From Hydrolagus affinis (Eukaryota), in the NCBI GenBank assembly GCA_012026655.1, contig JAAILG010000232.1:1-64000 (forward strand): a stretch of 64,000 nt of DNA, read 5' to 3'. Positions 1 through 12,436 of this stretch are shown here, in pieces. Each line of letters begins with the position of its first letter. The stretch's first letter is position 1. A program made the translations under genes and the position numbers. The notes beneath the pieces were generated by a model. That model was given only the letters and a program-made list of their open reading frames with translations. It did not search any database and had not been told where the DNA came from.

Positions 1-942
1 TGAATCTGTTGTAACGTGAATCTGCTTTAGTGTCAACCCGAAAGGGTATACCTGAATAATAAAAGAACTTACTTTAACTTAGATCGGAGGCTGACTGTAA
101 CCTCATTTTCTAAGTTAAAGAACGGAGTATTTTGATCTCCAACACCCAGCTTGGGTCAAAACACTGACTGTCCAGCGCCTTTCTTTTGACATATAATTTT
201 GTTGTTGTTGATCTCCTTACCTGTACACACCCGAGTGCTGTTTTTAACCCACAGTCACTTCTGCAGGATAGCTGCACTATTATGAAACAATTATTATCAG
301 GTCAAATCACTGATGAGTCAGTTGCTAAAGCCTTTGCCCCACATGGAACTGAGCCACACAGATCGCAGCAGAACTCCTTGTGTTCGGTCCCAGGTCCGAG
401 CTGAGTCAACTTCAAAGAGCTCGGAGCTAGGGCGGGAAAATAGAAATAGTCAACTGTTTTCAGAGCTGTAAATTGTGAGTGTCTGCAGTTGGGTGAGGGC
501 AAGTGTATTTATTGACTGTATTTTGTCAGCGAATATGGCAGCCAATTTGTGCATGCCAATCCTCTGCGATTTCCCATTGAAGTGAGTGACCAGTTTCAAT
601 CCTAATTTGACCCGTGATCAGATTCTGCGGACATGACACTGTTTGTGGCTATGTTTGTGACTGTTACCTCCTTCCACTGCTCCATTCAAAAGCTGGGTTT
701 ATTGCCAAAACGTTTGCAGTACAGTATTCCTTTTTTTAAAAAAATACAAAATAAAAATACTAATAATAATCCTTGCGTTTAATAAAGAGCCTTGTTACAA
801 GGCTGCAAAGTGTGTAGCGGGATTTTACTTTGAGGTGTAGTGACTGCATTTGTCGGTGAACAACATAGAGTATTATCAGGAATTTATGTGACCTATGGTT
901 TTAGTTTGGTGAAAAGAGGTTAAATCCTGGAGTGGAGCATGT

Positions 943-1234
943 GGAGTCTTAGAGCTCAGTGGTTAGAGCACTCGCCTTACAAGTGAGAGACGTGGGTTCG
1001 ATTCCAGGCAAACCTTGGGCAAGTTTCCTTGCTCCACACTCCTGATAATAACCCCTCAAAAAAATGATACATTAGTTGGTCACTTCAATCCACGATTGTT
1101 TGTGCGACACTACTGTGCGTGACTACCTGCCGCGTTTCACCCACAAATATAGTCAATTCACTTTACAGTATACTCTGTGAAGCGCTTTGAGATGTCTTGC
1201 TAGCTATATCAAGTGCAAGGATTATTATTATTAT
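943..1234 (+). mobile_element. tRNA-derived SINE (CORE-like body, L2-like tail)
   Basis: A box GCTCAGTGG, B box GGTTCGATTCC, ACCTTGGGCAAGT, tail AAGCGCTTTGAG...CTATATCAA.TGCAAGG(ATT)n. Multiple copies occur in the window. Confidence 0.85.
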
Positions 1235-1649
1235 AAAACTCAAGTGAGATTGAGGAGGAGCCAGTCACCACCTCCTGTGTGGACTGTGCCTTGGTGGCCA
1301 CCATGTACACTCCACAACATCACAAGCCCAAGTGAGGCCACTTCCGGAGTGGAGAGAAGCCTCCAGCTGGACCTCATCACTGGATGGATGAGACATTTCT
1401 TCCGCCCCTACAGAAAGGAGTCCCTTCATTTCCTTTCATTCCTACCCAAAGACAAACACACATCAGTCACTCTTTTGTGTGTGTGTGTGTTGTGGGGGTG
1501 TGTGTATGTGTGGGGTTGGGTTAACCTGAATGTGGGGCTGAGGGAGTGACCAAAACATTTTATAATACAGTATATTTGATATAATAAAAGGACCCACAGT
1601 CATTGCAGTTTGTGAAGAGGCTAGTCCAAGGTGGAAGGAGCCAGAGGCA

Positions 1650-1743
1650 GTGATTGGGGTTGGAGTTTGGACCAGCTGCTCTCAATGTGGGCGGATTGTA
1701 CACACAGTCAGACTTGGCTCCTCACTCAGCAACAAGCAGGGCA
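1650..1743 (+). promoter_or_regulatory. Possible proximal promoter/5' UTR of papilin
   Basis: ATTGG (reverse CCAAT) near 1653 and GGGCGG at 1689-1694 lie just upstream of the ATG. An upstream non-coding exon cannot be excluded. Confidence 0.25.
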
Positions 1744-1809
1744 ATGAAGCTCTCTGTGTTATCCTGGCTCGTCCTGCAATTACTGCTGTTAATTCTAGCC
1801 TCTTGTTCT
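1744..1809 (+). CDS. PAPLN: Papilin exon 1, signal peptide MKLSVLSWLVLQLLLLILASCS
   Basis: GCAATGA start context, hydrophobic core, GTGAGT donor at 1810. Phase 0 matches exon 2. Confidence 0.85.
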
Positions 1810-2021
1810 GTGAGTAAAAAGCAAAAAACAACAACACATTATTCACCCTTTTTTTTAAACAAAAGTGTGTGTGTGTGTGCGCCCGCGTTGTGCAAAGTTT
1901 GAGTTGGTTCATAAGTATAAACCCTTTTTGGCTTGAGGAGCGTTTCAAGCAATAGGTTTGGAGGCATTATTGTAATTTTAAAAAACAGTCTTTACGAAAA
2001 GTATTGTTTTACACTATATTA

Positions 2022-2042
2022 ACACACACACACACACACACA
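2022..2042. repeat. (AC)n microsatellite
   Basis: Direct reading. Shorter (TG)n/(AC)n runs lie at about 1476, 1865 and 23052. Confidence 0.9.
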
Positions 2043-2544
2043 GGCTCTCGAGTATTGCATTATATGCAGCGTGACAGAAAACTCGTGAATAACTAACTAC
2101 CCTATTATCTTACCTGTTTTATATATCATTTCTTTAAGACTTATTAGACATTGTTATGGTATCAAGACTTTCTGTCATGACTTGTTCTCCTCTCAATTGT
2201 ACTTTAGTGACACAAATCTGCTGTCCCAGTTAACAGTGAACAGTGCAAAATGTTAAAATGCAAGGATTATTTTTATTTATTAGTATTAAGGCATTAAACC
2301 TGTATCTGGTGTGAGGTGACTTTGCTTTTACTGTTAGTAACTAGTCGAAAACAATTTTTTCACCAAAAAAGATTATTGTCAATTTTAAAATTGCAACAGT
2401 CCAGAGTATTCAGTCATTGATTGCTTTTGCATCCTATTGCTCCTTCACGCTATTGTGTGATGTTCTGTCTTGGTGCTGGTGGTGGTTGTATTTGGGCAAG
2501 TTACCTCATAACGATGGTGAGACTGACACTCAATCAGCAAGTCT

Positions 2545-2750
2545 ACAACTGCGGAGTGGAACCTCACCCCCCGAGAGTTCCAGAGTTTCGGGGTGAGGGT
2601 GTCTGAAAGCGCGGCCGCCAAGACAGAGAGTCCAATGGACAAGCAGGAGGCCGGAGCTGGTCAAGCGGAGGCAGTGGGTAGTGAGTTGGATAGTGAGTAG
2701 GTTGGAGAGGTAGGGGGGGCGCAAGGGCATGGAGAGATTTGTAGACGTAG
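2545..2750 (-). mobile_element. L2-clade fragment
   Basis: Reverse translation MPLRPPYLSNLL...GGRAFR...LWNS typical of the L2 ORF2 end. Confidence 0.65.
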
Positions 2751-4062
2751 AAATGTCAATTGTTAATTTGCGTGCTCACAGATAAACTCTGAATCCTACG
2801 AATGTGCACAGATACATTTTGAAGAACTGAGCTTTGAGCAAACTGCAAGGGAGCGAGGCCAGAGTGACATCAAGTAACTGTGTTTTCTCTGCAGTGTGTG
2901 TGAATGGCATCACCATGCCATCTATACTGTCTAATCCCTTTCCTTCCCCCGCCCCCTTTGTTAATTGTTGCCAAGATCACAGCAACGCCTCAGCAAAAGT
3001 TAGAACACTGTTTAAGGTGCTCCGATCCCTGAGGCCAATGTGCTGTGCACCTGTCTGACTAACTGCCAGGGGAAACTTCGCACCACACCTATTGAGGAGG
3101 AGACTAGACATCTGAGTGACGGAGTGGAGTGACGTCTTCAAAGGGAAGCCAAGGACTTTGCCTCTCAACTGTGGCAATGGACAGCTGGGTTCAAGCAGAT
3201 TACTCACTACTTGGTTGAGTTTGGGTGCCTTCAAGGTCTTTTTTAATAAAAGTGTAAAAGATCCCCCAAGCGCTGTGTGTGTATATGTGTGCGTGCACAA
3301 ATTCCATTCCCCAGTAAGGCATCAAATGTGAAATGGGCTGTAAAAGTTGAAGTTCTATTTTTAACAATCCAAAAAGTACACTAATTGACCATCAGAAAAA
3401 ACGGCTTGAACTTTTAAAGTTGGAAAAGTAAACAGCAGAATAAATGAAGTTCCTGTTTGTTTATCAGACAAAGGGTTTAATGTATATGGCTCCCATTTGA
3501 TTGTGTTACACGTAGTTTAAGATTTTTTTTTACAATTTTCAATACTTAATAGATTCTTACAAAATGTTGATCAGACTGTTAGTAATGCATTCATGCTTTG
3601 CTAGAACATGTGCGTGATCGATTGAGATTAATTTTTCATGTTCGTTGCCATGTACTGTATACATTGTCAAACTCGATGTGCACTGATTGATTTGTTACGT
3701 TCACAAACAGAGTTAGTACTTGAGATACTTTTTGCGTTTTTATTAACATGCTGAACTGTGTGTGCTTTTTGACTCATCATTCCCTTGATTGCACCACCCA
3801 GATTGTTTAACATGCCTTTGAAACTGAAAATATTTTGCTGCTATTTATGGTTGATAGGATCCTGACCTTGCGGTTTTCGTAAACTACACTGATCTCTGGA
3901 CTCTTTTGTCAAGGAATTCTCTTTGGCTTCTGCGGAAACATCTCGCGTTTGCCCGCAATCTTTTGCTGCCGTGAGTTTATTACAATTGACCAATTTTAAA
4001 GAGAGCTTATCCGTAAACTTCATGTGAATGCAGAGTGCACACTAGGTTCATACAGCAACAAA

Positions 4063-4401
4063 AAATTACATTTGTACAGCGCCTTTCACGTCAGGACGGC
4101 ATTCCAAGATGCTGAACAGTCAAGAATTTGGACCCGAGCTGTGATTCAGGAAGGGTGGAGGGTAGAGCTTGTAGAGGAGGGTGACTCAGAGGAGGGTCTT
4201 GAGATGGGCTCTGTGGCTCAGTTCACATCGGAGAAACTTTGCATTTTTAATGAACTGAGCCGATTGGGGTGGGTCTGTGGTTAGAGTTGAGAGAGGTGAA
4301 AACTCCTCCAGATCCCAAACCCCAGCTCGGGTGCAAATCCTCGACAGTCCAGTGCCTTGGGACATCCTCCCAATGTGAGAGGCACTGTACAAATGTAATT
4401 T
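4063..4401. repeat. Inverted repeat built from L2-type tails, with an inner 11-bp hairpin
   Basis: AAATTACATTTGTACAG...ACCCGAGCTG pairs with CAGCTCGGGT...CTGTACAAATGTAATTT. Confidence 0.8.
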
Positions 4402-7082
4402 GATGTCATTGTTATTGTTTATAGGATGATAAAAAGCAAAAGGTTCTTATTACCTTTTAACAATTGCATTTGCTGGATCTTCTATAGAGTGTGATATATT
4501 TGTTGCTAAGTAACCTGAAGTGTGTTTAACCCTCCCCTGTAAGGCAATAATTTCAGCATATCTACTCGTCATCGGGGTCTTTTTAGAGATCAGTTGTATT
4601 TAACTTTTATTTCTGTTGAGTATTTGCTGTTGAAATAGAATTGTTAAAGTCTTTTGAAAGGGATAGAGACTTGAAAAAGCTGATGAATATGAAAGAGCAT
4701 GTGGAGAGGAGAGGAGACTTGGTGAGTCTTGTGAAGGAAAAATACCAGCTCAGACTTGATGGGGCTAAATGCATGTTCATGCCCTATAACATTCTATGAT
4801 CTATTTGCAAATATCTTAGCAAGTTAAAGGAAGAGAATAGGGGGAAAAGTTCAGCTAACCCCACGACTGTTAAGTAGAGGTAATCTGTACTGGCATTGTA
4901 TTGCAATGCATTCCTACCACCACTCAATTCCAAGGAGACCTTACTAATTTTCCCCGACCCCCTCTCCGACTTCATCCCAAGAAGGTTGCCAGGATATTAA
5001 TAATCATCTGTACATTTGATCTAGTATCGTTGAAACATTATCTCAAAGCGCTTCACAGAATATGTTTTTAAGTAGATTGACTGGATATTTTGTGGGCGAA
5101 ATAAGGTTACTGGAAAGAATGCAGAAATCCTGGTGATTTCCAGCAAGTCAAAGCAGTACAGTATATCCCTGATGACTCCACCACACCCTGAAGCACTCGA
5201 ATGCTTAAAGTCTCTGATGTGGTGACCCGTTAGCAGTGAGGAACTTATCAAAAGGAGGAATACAACTAAAAACTGTAGTTAAAATCCCATAATGGCATCC
5301 TGTGTTTGCTAATTACACTCTGCAGAACAGGAGCACAGTTGATTGAAAAACTGTTTTAATGTACTGTAGTTAGAGCTTTTAAAAAAAAACGAGAGCTGAG
5401 TTAAGTAACATCAATTAGTTACACATTGTGGTAATTCAGCTCTGGAGAATGCATTTTTTAAAAAAAAAGCCTTACATTTAGTATATTATACTTTTTATAA
5501 CAGAATTATGTCTTAACAGTAATATTCTGTAAAGAGTAATGGTTGGGTATTTTATTGGCAAACACAGCAGCCAATTTACACACAGCAATGTCTTGTAAAC
5601 AGCCATGAAGTGAATGGCTGTTTGAGGAGTATTGTCCATCAATCCATCTGGACAGGCACCAAGGGCTTTGGTTTAATGGCTCATCTGAAGGACGCATTTG
5701 GTTTAATGTCTCATCTGGTACTAACTGACCCAGGTTGAAATGTTTTTCGAAGGAATGACGACAAGGCAGTAATCGCACCAATTTCATATCACCCTCTTTG
5801 CTCCAGACTATTTTCCCTCACTCAAGTTCTAAGATTTGTCCTGAAATATCAAGGGATGTGCATTAGAAACTTAACTTCTGCTTACGATGCTCCATTTCCA
5901 GATACTGAGAACTCAGTGGTGATATTTCTGAAGTGTACTGTTCTTTTCTCTTTCCCTTCCCCAACCCAGACTATGACCTGTGCCCCAATGTGAAAGTTGT
6001 TGTACCAAACGCGAGGATTATTATGTGAACCAAAGCTTTGTCCGTTACGCTTAATGGCCAGTTTTGTGCTATTTTCTAATCTATTGAGTTCAGTAATGTT
6101 TGCAGTTCTGTTTTTTTTTAACATAACATGCTTAGAGCAGAAAGTCAATTTTTGCAATTAAATTAATTTATGTCTTGTGGTATTTATCGAGCAAGTTCTT
6201 CTTGAGGAAGGAATGTGTGGGGAAGGAAGAGGAGAAAAATAAATGTTGTACATATTAAACGTTTTTAACCCTATCTAATTAGGTAGAGGATGTAGCTGTG
6301 GGGATTGCTGTAAAGTGACCCAAAGGAAGTTTGTTTAAATAACCATTTGGCCTGAGGAACTTCTGCTGCAAAACCAACAGATCAAAATCATTTCAGTTCT
6401 TCTCTCAAACTTAACCGGCAAAACAGCTGAACCTTGGCTCAACTTTTCCCAAGTTGTTTAGTGCCAAGGTTATAAGGCACTTAGGATAGGGAAGTAATGC
6501 TTAATTGCAATACAGTATACTGTTTGGCATTTTGAACTCTGCAGAAAAGGTTTACAAACTTGCGTATTTTAGGAGCGAACAAAGCATTTTGGTGCGATTC
6601 CTCCTTACAGGCTGTAAGTCTTTTTTTCTCTCTCCTCTTCCTTGAGGTTGTTCAGAGCACTGAAAAACATGGAGAAATTATCAGTATCTTGCTAACACCA
6701 AGCTGAAGATTACTTATAGTATGTTTACTGATCCAACTAATTATCCATGTATCAGTAAGTGAGCCTTAATTAGGTAACAAACGTAAGCCAATAGTTTGAG
6801 TTGTAAAATAGACTCTTGCCAACCTGCCACCTTGTAATGGAAAATGTATAATCTTGGGGAAGCTTATGGAAGGGCATAGCAAGAGATTTGACTATGTCCA
6901 CCATCAACATTCCAAAGTAATTGTATAATTTTGGAGGGTTGGGCTGGGGAGGGAAAAATGTGGAGACAGTGGGGTTTAAGTTTTGTATGATGTAATCTTT
7001 CACATCTACCTGTGTTTGATAAAGACCTTTTCACTTTGGTTTGACCGTCACTTTCTTAGTGAATATGAGGATATGTAACTAG

Positions 7083-7556
7083 GTGTCAGCGTGGCTCAGT
7101 TGGTAGCACTTTCATCTTTTGAGTCAGAAGGTTGTGAGTTCAAGCCTCATATTAGGATTTCAGTCTAGATTGCCTCTTATGTGCAGTGCTTGGGGCCGTG
7201 TTGCATTGTTAGAGGTGCCATCCTTCGGTTGAGATGTTAACAACAAAAGCAACATCTTGCATTTATATTGCGCCCCCCACACAGGCTAGGGTCCAAGAGA
7301 GCTTTTGTTAAACCAGTGTCTCATCTGCTGTTGGAGATCTCATGGTATTATTTGAAAAGAAAAGGGACTTTCTCCTGGTGTCCTGGCAAACAATCTCCCA
7401 GATTAAGTTGATCATTTGTTTCATCACTCTTTTGGGATCTAGGTTAGCTGCCATGTTTGCCTACTAACTAAGTCACTACACTTTACCATAAATACTCTAA
7501 AGCGCTTTGTGATATTTCCTCAATGTGGTTAGATGCTATATCAAGTGCGAAGATTG
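7083..7556 (+). mobile_element. Deu-domain-type SINE with nested insertion
   Basis: tRNA head GTGGCTCAGTTGGTAGCAC...CTGAGTCAGAAGGTTGTG-like and Deu-like AGGTGCC.TC.TTCGG.TGAGA.GTTAA / CCTGGTGTCCTGG, recalled from the DeuSINE consensus. Confidence 0.7.
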
Positions 7557-8879
7557 CTACATCTGGAATTTGCCTGCTGCAAAAATTGATTGGCTGAAAA
7601 ATTGAACCATTTTATGGTATATTTGTAGGGCTCAGATCATACGCATCCAACTGGGGGTTCTTGCAAGTAAGTTATCCATTACCTGTTTGGTACTGTGTTT
7701 ATGAGTGAGTTTCTTCTTGAGAACAAGCTTCTTCTGTTCTATATCTGGTCTGATGGGCATCTACATAAATTGTACAAATCGACAGCATAAAATATATTTT
7801 TGTTGCTGCAGAGCAAACCTGTTCTATTTTTGATTTCGCAGAAATTGTTGCTGGATTTTTTAAAAATAGTTTTTAAACTCTACAAAAGAATTTTGCAAAG
7901 GGATAAATTGTTGTAAAACGAGGAAGACTTGTGAATGCGCTGTGTCAAATTAATTTGTTTGGGAATGGAGCATTTGCCCAGTTTAAATGCATTAACCAGT
8001 ACCATGTTGGGTATAAGCTCTTGAGGTCATCTATCTGGGTCAGTATTAATATGGAGTAGATTTCCCCTCCTGCTCTAACATTAGAGTGTGATATTTGCCA
8101 TCTCCCACATCAGCCAGCCATATGGTCTCCTTTATAAGATTGTAGTTTAGTGCTGTGGTTCTTCTCCAAGATGATGTGGGTTGAGAGTGGTTGAAGCTTT
8201 ACATTCAGGTCACCTCATAATGAGTGGTAAGTGGAGGACACTCGCAACCTACTATTTAGGGACTGGAATCGCACTCACACTAAAATTGCACTAATTGTTG
8301 CATTGTTCAGCAAGATTTTTCTGTATAGTAGAACCTTACTATTCAGGTCACTCAAGTGATTGGGCAAAAGTGACCCACTTAGTGAGGTGGCCTGATTTAG
8401 CCCGCAGTGCCTTGACCGACAGCTAACCCTCAACATCAGCCCAAATCTGTCCATGATCAAGGTCAAAGTCCTTCACTTGTTCCAATACACCCAGTGCATT
8501 AGCATAGCTGAGAGGGTCTCTGATATTGTTGATTGCTCTTCCTGTTCTTTCTTCTGTGTGTGCTGTTCTTCAGTGTCTCTGGTAGAAACTCCTTCACTAG
8601 ATGCTCCTTCAAGACCCCAGTAGAGGGCACATTACTGTTTGCAACAACAGCCACAAAATTACATTTTTATAGGGCTGCATACTTCTTGGCACTGAGGAAA
8701 GGAGTGACCAACAACACTGGCCTGAGGCAACAACTGGGCAAGTGGCACATCATCAACCAGGTCCTCCTCCAAGGGGTCATCTACATTAAAGCCAACCTTG
8801 GCAAAGCCCTTCTGCACTGTTGATGTACTGAATTATCCAAGGTGACTGCAATGAAGAACATTGATGGATTTGGCTATTT

Positions 8880-9390
8880 GTGAAGCCTGCACACTTTTGG
8901 CCATCTCTCCAATAACTATGTGTAGAAGAAGTGTTCTTCATGCAGTCACCTTGAATAATTCAGTACATCAACAGTGTGAACTATGTGTAGAAGACTCCTC
9001 CTGGAGTGGATCTTGACATTCTGAATGATGCCCTGGTTAATGGTTTGGAGAATGGATGTAGTGTTAACTGGAAAATACACTAACTTGACATTGTTTAGAG
9101 GAGAAAGGCTGGTGAGGGTGAGTTGGGGCATTGTCCAGAAACAGCAACACATGCCTGCCCTGGGCCCACAACGTTCTATTGAAGAGCTGAAGCCACTCTG
9201 TAAAAATGCCACTGGTCATCCGTGCCTTTCTTGTTGTTGTACCATGTGATGGGAAGCTTAATCTTGATGTACAAATTCCAAAAGGCATAGGGCTTGGCTG
9301 CCTTCCCTATCACAACTGTCCATTCAAAATCTCCCTCCATGTTGACTATCAAAGATGTGGAGATCCGGTTTTGGATTTCTTCCCATCACC
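8880..9390 (-). mobile_element. pogo/Tigger-type DDE transposase remnant (frameshifted)
   Basis: Overlapping frames encode KARMTSGIFTEWL..FNR....GRHVLLFLDNAPTH and NVKLVYFPVNTTSILQTINQGIIQNVK, hallmark pogo/CENP-B DDE motifs. Confidence 0.85.
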
Positions 9391-9690
9391 ATGAACTGAA
9401 AGGTTCCTGTCAGGGCGCATTTCGCCCACTTATAGTGTATTATGTGAAGCGCTTTGAGACGTCTGGAAGACTTGAAAAGTGCTATATCAAATCCAAGGAT
9501 TATTATAATTAAATCATCATTGCACTTCGCAGTAAAAGCTTTGAGACTCTTCAACTTCATAATGTGCTGCAACAAATGCAGGGATGATTTATTTTTATTA
9601 TTGTTGGAATAAATTGTGTGTTTTACCAGCACAGCTCACTCTGTACATGATGTGATTTATAAAGCACCATTTCCTGTTGATTGTGTCCAG

Positions 9691-9806
9691 GCACGAAGGA
9701 AAAAGCGGCAGAGTGACTACTGGGGACCCTGGGGAGACTGGGGAGAGTGCAGTAGGACCTGTGGCGTTGGGGTGAGCTTCCATGAACGCAGATGTTTTTC
9801 TTACAG
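9691..9806 (+). CDS. PAPLN: Papilin exon 2, TSR1 N-part ([27 protein letters not shown])
   Basis: WxxWxxW/CSRTCG thrombospondin type-1 motif; ccag acceptor, gtatgg donor. Confidence 0.95.
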
Positions 9807-9849
9807 GTATGGAAAGTCATTGTGATTTTTGTATACTAAATGAGAAATC

Positions 9850-10200
9850 AAAGAATCTTGCAGCATAGATGGAGGCCATTCGGCCCATTGTGGCTGTGCC
9901 GACGCTTTGGGTGAGCTAGCCAATTAGTCTCACCCCCAGCTGGCCTTACCCCATCAACTTGCGTATTTTTTGCAAATTATTTTTGCCAATTATCTTACTT
10001 TTTTCAAGTACCTATCCAATTCCCTTTTGAAAACTACTATCGAATCTGCTTCCAGCACCCTTTCAGACATGCATTCTATATCGTAGCAATTCACTGGGTT
10101 AAAAAAAAGTTTCCTCATCTTCCCTCCGGTTCTTTTGCCAATTATCTTTATTCTGTGTCCTCTGGTTACTGACCCACCCGCCATATTTCCTTATTCCTTA
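9850..10200 (-). mobile_element. CR1 LINE 3' fragment
   Basis: TRGH.. and FKRELDRYL ORF2 C-terminal motifs, plus the GGCCGAATGGCCT tail hairpin. Confidence 0.8.
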
Positions 10201-12134
10201 TTTTTACTCTTATCAAAATCTTGGTTTTCCTCCTCAAATCTGAACTGTGAGGATGGCCATAGATGTAAACAGATGAACAGAATGGCATTCGGAAGAAGTT
10301 TAATGTTTCATGTGATTATGTGGAATATGCTGCGGTCCTGTAATTTGTATCAGCTGGAAGTTGAACAGTGTGTGCTGATGCCCCTTGAGGTATAGTTCTC
10401 TGTAAAGATATGATTAAACTGAACTTTGCTGCAGCAACAGTAAACGGATGATTGTTACTTTCATGAGGTTTTTTTTGTTGCAGCTTGTTATAATTAGTAA
10501 CTATAACAGGGAATTGTGAGTGGAACAGTCCCACACATATGTTGGCAACATACACACTGGAGGTTGGACAGGAAGTTGGTTGGATTCTGATCTCAAACCT
10601 CTTAACCTTGATCTGGGGATGCTTATGCTCTAAACATGTTGTTCACTTTGCGGGGGAGGAACGTGCATAATTTCTTTCAGTAGTTTCAGCAGAACCCTTC
10701 AGGAGTTGAGTGCAATGGCTGCTGGTTGGGTGGTATCATTAGAATGGATTGCTGGCTGGGTGTGTGGTGGGGGTCTCGCGGCTCGATCAGCCCCAGGGAA
10801 GGGAAAATCATATCGGGCGGATGCTGGAGGCCAACCAAGAGCAAACAGTTCTCAGATATTTAGAGTTCTCGATAAATCATCAGGGGAGATGTGGGTCATA
10901 CAAGCCATGTGACATTTTACTTTCAAATAAAGAGTCCGATGATGCCTGTGTCTGCTAAAGTAAAGTGCACTTGAGTTCAACCATGATTTTAATGCAATAT
11001 TGATGACATATTGCAACGTTGAAAGCCCCACAAGTGGTGACAGGCTGTTTTGGGACCTTGATAGAGCAGGTCAACAGTAACAATTACCAACATTTATATA
11101 GTGGCCTTCACATCTCAGAACACTTTAATGAGGTCCTGCTGTTATGAGGCTTGACCATCTCTACATGTTGGATGTTCATGGCATGTACTTCAGAGAGGCT
11201 GGTGAGGACAGGGACTGATTGTCACAATTATTTTGGCTGATTTTACGTACATAGTGTGGACATGGTGGAGCTGTCTTTCAACACTTACAAATCACTGGAG
11301 GTGAAAAACATAGCTTTCGGCACTGAGCTCTATATACTTACCACCCTATGTGAAGAAGTTGCATTCTGAACTCTGCATTAGATCCGCTACTGACTACCTT
11401 CTATTAAATATCTCCTTGTTTTGGAAAAGCCTAGTATGTCATGAAAACCTTTTATAATGGCAAACATAATTTCATAATATCGGATCGCCTCTCAAATGTC
11501 AACACTCTTAAGAGAGAAAAGCTCTCACCTGGGCTAGTCTTTCTCACTGTACTTGTATTCCTTAAACACATCTAAATAGGTGAACAATCCACATCAAGCC
11601 AATTCTAAACAAGAAATGGCAAGCTTTTGTATTGCCTTTTCTTAATTAACTTTCTGCATAATACTCCTTTGAGTAGAACTCTGGCAGCATTCCATATCTT
11701 TTCTCAGCCAGAGAGAATGATGTGGAATGAAGGGCAAAGGGATAGAATAATAACCAGAGCAGACAAGATAAGCTGTACCTATAAATAAGCATTGATTTGT
11801 TTGGGTGGGGGGGGGGTTAATACATTTTTAAAAAAAACAATTTGGGTGGGGTCCATTTTAATGTTGAACATACAGAAGGAATGCAGTGCGCTTGGCAAAT
11901 TTCCAAAGCTATTTAGATTTAGAGCCAAGTCACTGGGGTACACAGCTGGAACAAAACACTTCTCAACCATGTGAAGTAATCATGGACCCCAAATAATCCA
12001 TTCAATGCAATTACGTGGGTTGTCTCTTGCAGTAGTAATAGTAGTAATAATCCTTCCATTTGATATAGTGCCTTACATGTCATTGAGATATCTTAAAACA
12101 CTTCACAGAATATAATGTAAAGTGGATTGATTGG

Positions 12135-12436
12135 ATATTTCAAATCTTGTGTTCAAATCCCTTTACTCTATGGCATCTCTCTACTTCTCCGACCTCTTCA
12201 CTGCCCAATCCACCACCCAGCGCTTCAGCTTGACTAGCACCAGCTTCCTGCTTGCCTCTCTCACCCTCTGCCGCACTATTGGAGGTCATACTTTCAGCCA
12301 CTTGCACCCCCAAACTCTGGAACACTCTCCCTCGATCCCTCCGCCTCACCAGCCCCCACTTTTCATAAATCGCACCTGAAAACCTAGCTCTTCAACTGTG
12401 TTTATGGAGGGCGCTATATAAATGAGAGTTGCTGTT
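12135..12436 (+). mobile_element. L2-clade LINE 3' end
   Basis: LVFKSL...IGG.TFS ORF2 terminus and GCGCTATATAAATG tail. Confidence 0.7.

Noticed and set aside
300-345. CTGATGAG as a hammerhead ribozyme core
   Set aside because: No properly placed stem II and GAAA follow.
943-1010. tRNA gene call (also 29111, 37318, 41295, 7083)
   Set aside because: No acceptor stem is evident, and each copy continues into a shared SINE body, so these are SINE heads.
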